A DNA stretch of 64,000 nucleotides from Octopus vulgaris. Lineage: Eukaryota. Shown here one piece after another: positions 53,666 to 64,000 of the stretch (positions are counted from its first letter, which is position 1; every line of letters starts with the position of its first letter). Below the pieces are notes generated by a model. The model was not told the origin of the DNA, ran no database searches, and saw nothing but the letters and a program-made list of their open reading frames with translations. The position numbers and the translations under genes were made by a program. The DNA lies in NCBI GenBank assembly GCA_951406725.2, contig OX597832.1:5208001-5272000 (forward strand). Reading direction: 5' to 3'.

Positions 53666-54121
53666 ATTATAGTCTACTAGATGTGCAAATACAAGTGTAA
53701 CCAAAACCAAATAGAAAATATGTCGAGATTTGTTCAGTGACCTTTGTGCGAAGTAATTGTTACTTAATATAATTAATTAATAATCAATATGCAATAAGAT
53801 TTTAAAGCAATAAATGAAAACACATTTATTAATATTGTTGATGTGTTATAAGATTATAAACTAGATAATTATCTATTAGAAATCATAGCATGGTAATAAT
53901 TTCTCAACCAATTAGCTTACATATTTCAGAAATTGCTATTGTTCTAATAAGGTTTTAGGTTGTTTTTTCTTTTCTTTTCTTTTTTTTTTTTTGAAGGAAA
54001 GCATGAACCAATAACAACAACTTGTTTCACTAATCTATCACTTAGAAAAAGAAAAAAGAAAATACCAATCTGTGATGTAATATTAAAACAGTTAATAAGT
54101 TGTATCAAGTGTAACACAAAA

Positions 54122-54919
54122 TTATGGAAGTATGCTGTGCGTGAGAAGACCCGGCAAGACTAGTGAAGCCATAATCCGTGGCCCCCTACCTGGGACGTAG
54201 TCAGTCCACCTGTGCATACCTTCCTTCTTGTGACACTTGTGAAGACCTGTTGAGGCAAGTGAGAATCGAATCGTATCAAATCAAATCGAACCAAATCAAA
54301 TAGATGAACATCAATGGAATTTGTATCCTTGTGGTACCAGTGCCGGTGGCACATAAGAAAACCATCCGAACGTGACCGTAGCCAGTACCGCAATGACTGG
54401 CCTCCGTGCTGAGGGCACGTAACAAACACCATCCGAGCGTGGCCGTCCGCCAGCCTCGTCTAGCACCTGTGTCGGTGACACATAAGAAAACACCATCCGA
54501 GCGTGGCCGTCTGCCAGCCTCGTCTGGCACCTGTGTCGGTGGCACATAAAAAACACCATCCGAGCGTGGCCGTCTGCCAGCCTCGTCTGGCACCTGTGTC
54601 GGTGGCACATAAAAAACACCATCCGAGCGTGGCCGTCTGCCAGCCTCGTCTGGCACCTGTGTCGGTGGCACATAAAAAACACCATCCGAGCGTGGCCGTC
54701 TGCCAGCCTCGTCTGGCACCTGTGTCGGTGGCACATAAAATCACCCACTACACTCTCGGAGTGGTTGGCGTTAGGAAGGGCATCCAGCTGTAGAAACACT
54801 GCCACATCTGACTGGCCTGGTGCAGCCTTCGGGCTTCCCAGACCCCAGTTGAACCGTCCAACCCATGCTAGCATGGAAAGCGGACGTTAAACGATGATGA
54901 TGATGATGATGATGATGAT
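54122..54919 (+). mobile_element. RTE LINE 3' end containing a 63-bp tandem array
   Basis: WKYAVREKTRQ* followed by a 3' UTR and (GAT)n tail; five 63-bp units at 54427-54740. Confidence 0.88.
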
Positions 54920-55648
54920 TGGTTTGGAGGAAAATGTACACTGAGGTTATAGACATTAACCAAAAAATGAAGGGACTATGGCTATTAAGGCTTTGTGAAT
55001 TAAGTGATTTAAACATTTGCATCTTCAGGAAACTGGCTTGCTACCTTTTCATCTACTACAAATGTAAACTCAAACCAGTTAGACTTCATGTCTCACCAGG
55101 AGACAGAATAAACAGCTGGTTTCAAGTACAAAGTCCTTCTGCAATACAGAATATATCATTCAACATCAGGATAAGAGCTAGATGGATTCAGACAAGACGA
55201 TCTGAAGAATAAAGATATGAAAGCTGAAAGATTGTTCAGCCATTCATTCAAGTACAAAGAAGTACTTGGTGATGCTAATGAAAAGAAGGTGGGGATAAAA
55301 ATGAATGTACAGTGTTTGCAAACCAGTTTAAACTGGTCATAGAAGAAATGTTTAATTGAACTGAATCAATAAACAGAACATAAATTGAATCTGAACTGAA
55401 TCTAGATGAAACTGTTATTATATTAGAATTTAGAGTGATGTATTTATTTTTGGTGGTTTAATGAAAGTTGAAAATAGGGTACAAAAATATGATGATGGTG
55501 TGTGTGTCTGTGGGAGTAAATGTAAGGAGAAGCAAGTTAGGCAAGTTTATATACAAAAATATATATACATTTAATAGAAAAAAATGTTCATATGTTTACA
55601 GAATGGTGTTTAAACCTCATTCTGTCAACACCTCAAAGGTAAAATTCT

Positions 55649-55739
55649 TCCCTGAAGATGGAGGCTGGTATTATCCAATGATTGAATCAATTTACAATCA
55701 TTATTTTGGACCACCAAGCCTCCAGAAACAGCTGTTGGA
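55649..55739 (+). ncRNA. type I hammerhead ribozyme motif in a probable Penelope terminal repeat
   Basis: TCC-CTGAAGA-TGGAGGCT...AGCCTCCA-GAAA-C-AGCT-G-T-T-GGA: stems I, II and III and both core boxes are present. Confidence 0.7.
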
Positions 55740-56575
55740 CTTGTAAAACTCTTATTCTACCCCTTTAATACCTGATATCATTTCTATACTGTGTAAGTTG
55801 AACCTTTTTATATGTAAAAATATGTACATTTTTCTACTGAATATATTTAATATTTTTTTGTATATTGATTTGCCTAGTTTGCTTGTTGTTACATTTACTC
55901 CCCTACCTGCTCAAGTTTAAATCTCTTGAGTACTATGAAGTGTATTCTATACAGAGAATACCTGACTCAATATATATATATATTGTTGATGATGATGATG
56001 ATGACGCTGTATAGTTCAAAATTAAAGAAAGATGAAGACAGGTAAGGGAACAACAGGCTGGTGTATTAGTTTGACGCTTGGGAAAAATGGAAAAGCTTTT
56101 GACATTTTAAGTCTATGCACTTTAGCAGAGAGGATTGAGAGGAAAAAATGGAGAACAAAAAAAAAAAAGGAGAGAAAAAATGTGTAGAGATTAACAGTTC
56201 AACATGATGAAATGTTCATCATCATCATTTAAAGTCCATGTCCCATGCTGGTACGGGCTAAATGGTTTCACAAAATTCAATGGGTCCAAGGAAAGCATTG
56301 CACTCCAGTGTCTGCTTTGGCATGGTTTCTACAGTTGGATGTTCTTCCTCATGTCAGCTACTTTACAGTGTGTATTTGCTGGGGTTTTTTTGTGCCACCA
56401 GCACTATCAAGATTGCATGTAACTTGCAAGGCTACAGGCCCTGAGGGAGAAGTGGTCAGCTTTATGCTATGGGATGAGTATGCAATAAGGTGGGGAACAG
56501 AGCAGGTTCTTATAGAGGAACAGCATAGCTACTCACATTCAAAAGAGAGGGTAAGAATAATCAGTATGAGCTACA

Positions 56576-56615
<40 letters not shown>

Positions 56616-59600
56616 AGATGTGTATGCAGTTAAACCGACAGTGAAACAGGAGCAGTAAAGTTAAGCTGAACATATGGCATGAAAATAATGAGTTAAGGAG
56701 AGTTACCAATGAAGGAAAAACATGTTCCCACTAGAATTATAAACTTCATGATCATCACAAGGATCAGCTAGAGTGGAGATGAGACAAAGGATATTGATTA
56801 ATGAAGGAGTTTTTGTAGAAAAATATGGGATTGTTACAACTGGAATGTTTTTGACCATAGATTGGCTCTGTCAGGGATGAGCTGGAGCTAAACAATAGCA
56901 GTTCTATGAATATAGCTTGATTGATTTCTATATGAAATAGAGAATGGCTACTACCCTGATTTCATTAATTACCTCAGTATAGTACATATATCTAGCCTAT
57001 TGATTCCAGCAGGTTGAAATGCTAATAAGTGATCAATATCATTAAGTCCATGCACTATTATAAATCTCTAGTATATTATTTACTAAATGATTATGCTGGA
57101 TAGCATTCAGCTAATTAAGTTAACATTTCAACCCTTTTATTATTTCAGACTTTGTTTTGTTAGGTACTTAACCAATATGACAAGGGACCAAGATGAGTGG
57201 TGATTCCCTGTGCTCAAGAAGACCCAACAATCATAGCAAAAACGAGGAGTTAAAAACATTTTGCTTATACCTTTATATGCTGGGCCATGACCTTGTATCC
57301 AATCTGATCCATTAAGCATTCCTCACATCACATCCTCCTAACACCTAGTCCTTCCATCATTCTTCTAACTATGGCACTTTTCAGCTGGCATAGTCACTTG
57401 ATAGCAGAATCAGCTCAAATTCCATCTCTTTTGTTTGTACTACCAGTTTATATCTTTCTCTCCCTGAAACTACTTCCATTTAACATCCATCTCCTATTCT
57501 CCTTTTTCCTCACACTATTTTCACCATTCACACTGCTTTTGTGACTTTAGTTATGTCTCCCTCTCCTCTGAGCTACAGCTCAGGATTGCCATATCTCATT
57601 TCCAACACCTCATATCTTCTATCATTCCCAATGCTTTCTATGTTGTTCCCACTAAAATTATAAACCTCATAAGCATCGCAAAACTCAGCTAGAGTGGATA
57701 TGAATCAAAGGATATTGATTAATGAAGGATACTATTGGTATCCCATCTCATTAATTGCCAACCTTATGTACCTCCAATCTCCATCTCTGTCACTGTACAT
57801 TATATCCATCCCTCATTCCTACACCTTGCACATCATCCCCCTATTTTCTGATCTGTTCACCTTCTTGAATCACTTCTCTCTTGCTTTACCCCCTACAACC
57901 ATGACATTTGCCACTCTTGTTCATTACTAACTACATTCACTTCTACCCCCATCTATAACCATTTGTTATTTTCCCCTCAAAGTCTTATGAAATTAACCAC
58001 CCTGTCCCCGATCCTGTCTATATCCTTTCCTATACTTACTTTCTTGTACCTTGAGAATTTTCCCAGACACCTCATTACCTTCATCTTTATCTTCTAATTA
58101 GTTGCTCCTACCCATCCTTATGTAATGTGAGGTAGTCTGGTATCTCATCTATAGCAAGACACCCATGTTTGCCTTTCTGTCATACTTTAGTCTCTCAACA
58201 ACTGGTTTAAAGCTTCCTTTTGCCTGTTCTTCCTTTGCTTTGCAAGTTATTTGGCAACCTCACTTGAGCTAATGGCATGAAAAATGCACTTAGTACACAC
58301 CGTCAAGTGGTTGACATCAGGAAGGGCTGCCAGCTGCAGAAACTATGCCAAAGCTGACATAGGAGCTTGATGTAGTCTGCCGCTTGTTGGATCCTGTCAA
58401 ACCATCAAACCCATGCCAGTGTGGAAAATGGACATTAAATGATGATGATGATGATAATGATGATGACATGTAAAGTGATCAAGCACTTTGATAAGTAATT
58501 AAGAAACTGAAACATATTAAAACAAAAGGGGAAAAAAAAAGATAAATGGAAAATTGAGAAAAGAACAAGGAAAGAACTGGTCAACTGACTTTCAACAGGC
58601 ACAGTGTAATTGACAAGATTGGAGATGTATCATAATATTTTTAAATACTTTCTTGTATATACCATTGCAAAATAAGACAAACGTGAAGAAGCAGATTATG
58701 TGAGTGTTTTAGGTGACTGTTATGATTCTTCCCTCATGCAATAGTTTCAGTTTCAAAATACAATATCAGATTTAGTCACTTGCCAAACGAGTACAAGATT
58801 ATAAAATACTGGGAAACATTAGCTAAATGTTGTTTCATTGAAATATTGTTTAAAGAAGACGAAAGCAGTCAGGAAAATCTGTTTGACTAGCAGCACATCT
58901 CACTAAAAATGCTAGAACTAGAATTTCTTGTTAGCATTAAAAATAGTCCCCTATGAAAAACAAACAAGGTAATAAATACAAAAAAGAAAAAAAAAGGAAA
59001 TATCATTTTTGTCCCTTAAACTTTGTAAACAAATGAGTGTTAAGCTAAAGTGTTTGAAAAGGTCAGGTACCTCTTGGTAAAAGGAACAGGCTATACGAAT
59101 TTCAGGTTATAACAACAAAACTTTTATTGTGTTTATTAAATTATCTCTAGTAAAATTCCAAGACAAATTTCCTGAGAAGGCAAAAAAGAATTTTTGATCT
59201 TCAACTTCATACAGTGAACAATAAATATCTATCTTCTATTAAATACTAAAAATAAGAGATAAACTTAGCAATAATATTTATTTAATAACTAGCAAAGATG
59301 ATATTTGCTAGCTGGAACAGTAGTAGTCATTGTAAGAGGTCAACAAAGAGTATTGTCTGGAACACATATATCATTATAAAAATTTATCACAAAATGTAAG
59401 CAAAGGGCACAAGTGAATGTGCATTAAAATTTTTTGAGTTCATATACAATAGCCAAATAAGATGAACTTTAAGATTCAGCAATTCACATTTACATTACAA
59501 ACTGAACAATTTTGATGTGCTAATTTTTAAAACAATGTTGAATGTACTTATATCTTTAAACAATGAAAGCTGGATTAACAAAGGTAGCCGTCCAAACATA

Positions 59601-60092
59601 ATCAAAGGACAGATTAAGTTTTGAGCATTTAGTAGTAATAAAAACTGAAATAAAAGAATTTGTTTGTAACAAATTATGATAATACTTATCAGTAAATTAA
59701 GGCAATGTTAAATTGAAATTGATAAAAGCCATAAATGAATAATTGATAAAAACCATATAGTGAGTACACCACTATAAGGTGTTTCCTCATCTCTGGCAGC
59801 TTTGAGTATTCAAAAAGTCAAAAGATACAAACTTAGATAACTAAAGGTATATCAAATCATCATGATAAGTTTACATCGACTTTCCTTGCTGGTGTAGGGT
59901 GGACATATCATCATGATTTGAATCAGTTTTTGTTTGGAGTCACTGCCCTCCTACATGAGCTAAAGGACTGTCTCACTTGTACAATTTACTTTTGGCTTGG
60001 TTTCTAAATTGGATGCTCTTTTTATAACCAACTACTTTACAGAGTGTAAGGAATACTACAAGGTAGTATGTCTGAGAAGTTGAACAGTAGAG

Positions 60093-60126
<34 letters not shown>

Positions 60127-62698
60127 CAAAGACAGAAGAACTAAGATAGGTGAGCAGGTGAAGCAATCCTTTTATGGACATGTGATTTAAAACTACATTC
60201 TTAGATGGCTATATCATTAAAATTGAAATAAACCAAAAGAAAAAATAGTCAAATGGGAAAAGTAAACTAAACAATTGGGCAGTTTCAACATCATTGTATT
60301 ATTTAAGTAAAAGAATTTAGTTTCTTTTTGGATATCCATTGTTTTTCAATGCACGTGCATAAATGTACTGATATCATTCCACCCAAAATATGGCACCATA
60401 TTGATTTTGCAAATGAAGACAATCAATAGTAATTCACTGAGTATGTATAGAGAACTCACCACAGCATTTGTTTTGAGTCTTTATATTATAAGTTAAAATA
60501 CCAGGAAAGTCAACTTGATCTTTTATTCTTCCGAGGGTCAATAAAATATCAATCAAGTACAGGTGCTAGAAGAATTTACAGTTCCCCTTCCCCCAAATTT
60601 CTGGCCAAACAACAATGACGATGCAATGTTTCTAATTCAGACAAAGGTCAGCAATTTTTGAAGGGAGGGTGGGGTTACAATTGACCCTAGTACTTGACTG
60701 GTACTTTATTTTATTGACCACCTCCTCACTCTCCAAAAAAGGATGAAAGATAAAGTTGACTCCAACTCTTGCCAGGGTCAACTTTGTTTTGAAGAAATAG
60801 TCTATGCTCTTACTTCCTCTGACCAAACATAGCTTTCACAGGCCCCCTACGACCAGCAGCGAGACCGATTCAGTGAACATTCCTATTGACAGTGGAAGGA
60901 AAAGTATGAGTGTAGAAGTGATACTAGAGAGCTGACCTTCTGGGAAGAAAAGGATGAACCATAGTTTGTATTGCAAGATGAGAACATAATATGGATGACA
61001 AGAGGTGGAAAAAGTGTAAGTCAGGAGTGCCTCCTTGAAGGTGCTTTGAGACTAACTAGTTTGTTTGACATGGTTAATGTTCCTCTCTTGACAGTTGCAA
61101 GTCAACAGCTGGAGGGAAAACATGCGGTGGGGGCAGAGGATTAACATTCTGGAAGGGTGGGGGTGGGTCGGCATAGGGACTAGTGTGAGACCTGGATCAG
61201 CGAACAATATAAGTGACAGGAAGAGGAGAGATGAGTGAGTTGGGAATGCCTGACAGTAGGGGGCATGAGATCACATCAACTAGCTTTAAGAAGCAGAGGC
61301 CTGTGTACAGGCAGTACAAAGGGTAGAAAAATGATGCATCCATTTTGGTGCTGCCTATTTGACATTGCTGTTTTGATATTGACTTATTTGTCATCAGACA
61401 TTTTAACGTTTCTCTCACCCACCTCTATCTTTTTCGGTTTATGTATCATCATCATCATTTAACGTCTGTTTTCCATGTCAGCATGGGCTGGACGGTTTGA
61501 CAGAAGCTGACCAGCTGAAGAGCTATTCAGGCTCCATGTCTGTTTTGGCATGGTTTCTAATGGCTGGATGCCCTTCCTAACACCAACATCTTTACAGAAT
61601 ATACTAGGTGTTTGTGAGCATATTTATCTTGATGTGTATGAGCAGAAGGAAAGTGTTTGTGTCAGACGTGTCCACTTGATAAATTGTAATGTCACTCTCC
61701 CCCTCTTTTTGTACATGTATATTTCTGCATGCATGTGCATGTATGTCTGTTTGTCTCCAGTGTTAAAAAGAGCTGTTACCAAAACAGGTTCTGTGCTCAC
61801 TTAGCCATGCCAAATCACCAGCACCCATACAGCTGAGCCCAGTCGTCTCATTCTGGGTCAAATGTTGGAGTGTGTTGTTGAATGGTTTCAGATTTACTAA
61901 TAAAGTGACATGTAGTGTTGGTAGAGATTTCAAGTGTTGTCTAGGGCAATAGATAACAAACATATAGAGGGCAGGTAGTGTAAAATGATAAAAAAATTAT
62001 AAAAATTACATAGTACTAGGCGCGGAAGTGACTGTGTGGTAAGTAGCTTGCTTATCAACCACATGGTTCTGGGTTCATTCCCACTGCGTGGCACCTTGGG
62101 CAATTGTCTTCTACTATAGCCTTGGGCCGACCAAAGCCTTGTGAGTGGATTTGGTAGACGGAAACTGAAAGAAGCCTGTTGTATATATATATATATATAT
62201 ATGTATATGTGTGTGTGTGTGTATGTGTGTTTATGTGTTTGTGTTTGTCCCCCAACATCGCTTGACAACTGATGGCGGTGTGTTTACGTCCCCGTAACCG
62301 CAAAAGAGACCAATAAAATAAGTGCTAGGCTTGCAAAGAATAAGTCCTGGGGTCAATTTGCTCGACTAAAGGTGGTGCTCCAGCATGGCCACAGTCAAAT
62401 GATTGAAACGAGTAAAAGAGTAGTAATTACATGGTACACTGTGTTGTTAAGCAGATGATATATATGAGCAAAATATTGCTACATGGATATCACATGGCAT
62501 TTAGTGTTGGTAAACATATATCTTATGATGCATAGTGTTGGTAGAAATACTTCTAAAGTTAACAGTATTAGAATACATATATATATCACATGGAATATAG
62601 TGTTCAAGGACGTACTCATATGGTGTGTGGTGCTGGAAGACAATCAAATGGGATGAGGTTTCTCTTTGACGCTCACTAAATTATGAAAAAATATTTAC

Positions 62699-62866
62699 CT
62701 GGACATTTAATTCCGGAAGAGAGATTCTGATATATACAGTTCCTACATTGTCTTGGTTAGGGATCGGAATGTAGTCATTTGGATTCATCATAAACTCCAT
62801 GTCCTCTGCATCCAATGGTGGATTATAATCTTCAATATAAGATGATGATGTTCGAAATGTGTTCAT
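62699..62866 (-). CDS. SHANK: SHANK coding exon 1 (start codon; beginning of SPN domain)
   Basis: MNTFRTSS...GTVYIRISLPELNVQ (56 codons). CAAAATG start with an in-frame TAA upstream. Poly-T/CAG acceptor puts the exon start at 62914; donor CAG|GTAAAT. Resembles SHANK3 VVVRVGIPDLQQT. Confidence 0.88.
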
Positions 62867-64000
62867 TTTGCCTCCGAAATTGAATTAACCAGCTTAATGA
62901 ATTAAACAGATGCACTGGAAAAAAAAAAAAAAAATCATGGTCATTATAATCATAGAGAAGAATGCATTTTATTAATAAAAGTAAAAAAATATGAAGAAAT
63001 GGTAGAGACATAAGATCTACAAGCACAACAAAGTCAAATCATTTAGAATAAAGATTTACAGGGAAGTGGAAATTTTTTAAGCTTGGTAGACAGACTGTTT
63101 ACTGCTTGAGGCATGATAATTAATCTCTCTGTGAATAGAAAGAAGGTATTGTTTTTGCAATGAAGTTCCAAGAAGACTAGAGATTACATTGATTTCAGAT
63201 TGATTCTAACCATGGAGAGATAAAACATGAAATGTTTATCTAATTTGTTTATTCTTCAGAGGAAAGCTAAACTGTATGCGTATTGAAAATGCATGTGTGT
63301 ATCTTTGTGACTGTATTTGTTCCCTACCACTGGTTGAAAACCAGTGTTGGTACATTTACATCCCCATTACTTAGCAGTTCAGAAAAAGAGACCACGCTTA
63401 AAAAAAAAAGTACTGAGATCAATTCATTTGCCTAAAAATTCCTCAAGGTGGTGCCCCAGCGTGGTCGCAGTCTAATGACTGAAACAAGTAAAAGATAAAA
63501 GATACAGATACCTTACATTTTAGTATATTTGAATACCAAGTAGTCTTAGTTAAAAAAACAAAGAGGACCCTGTTCAATAAAGTGTTCTGTGTATCTATGC
63601 TACAGAACAGAATAACAATTTATTCATAGTCTTTATCACTGTACAATTCACAGATTATTTCTATCTACCAATGTATGACCAAGAGAAGACAACAACCTGC
63701 TCTAACTTTACATACGAAGTTCAAACTTCACAAAGAAGAGTCCATGCCAAAAACCCTTGGAAAAAAAAGCAAAAACAAAATCAAAACAGAAACTATCTGG
63801 ATTGAGGATAACTTAAGAATTCAAGTAGTTTTTGAAGTGAACTACAATTGAATATTAAGAACATGGGGAAATATTAAAAATTGATATAAATTCCTGAGAT
63901 AAAACATGAAGTGCTACTGATTTGTTTGTTCTTCAAAGGAAAGCTAATATTATATGTTAATTAAGAATGCATAAATTTCATTTCAGCATATTTATATTTT

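Overview
AT-rich, microsatellite- and retroelement-dense animal genomic DNA. The SINE and RTE-LINE repertoire looks like coleoid cephalopod, most likely Octopus (inference from remembered repeat families). The whole window lies inside one minus-strand gene, a SHANK/ProSAP postsynaptic scaffold. I assembled 11 GT-AG coding exons (62866 down to 18306; 1483 nt, 494 codons with consistent phases) encoding the SPN (ubiquitin-like) domain, the ankyrin repeats and the following linker. I found no SH3, PDZ or SAM exons, so they probably lie beyond position 1. The introns hold tRNA-derived SINEs, RTE LINEs, a deleted Gypsy LTR element, Penelope remnants, and mariner-, hAT- and piggyBac-type elements. 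Best leads: (1) a candidate 21-nt in-frame microexon with a branch point and UGC motif; (2) a near-complete type I hammerhead ribozyme motif with an unusually long stem II; (3) a 117-bp fold-back at a LINE 5' end; (4) an inverted copy of nearby host DNA inside the Gypsy element; (5) several long hairpins that could be ADAR substrates. There are no prokaryotic systems or CRISPR arrays, and I cannot show that any of these leads is a new biological system.
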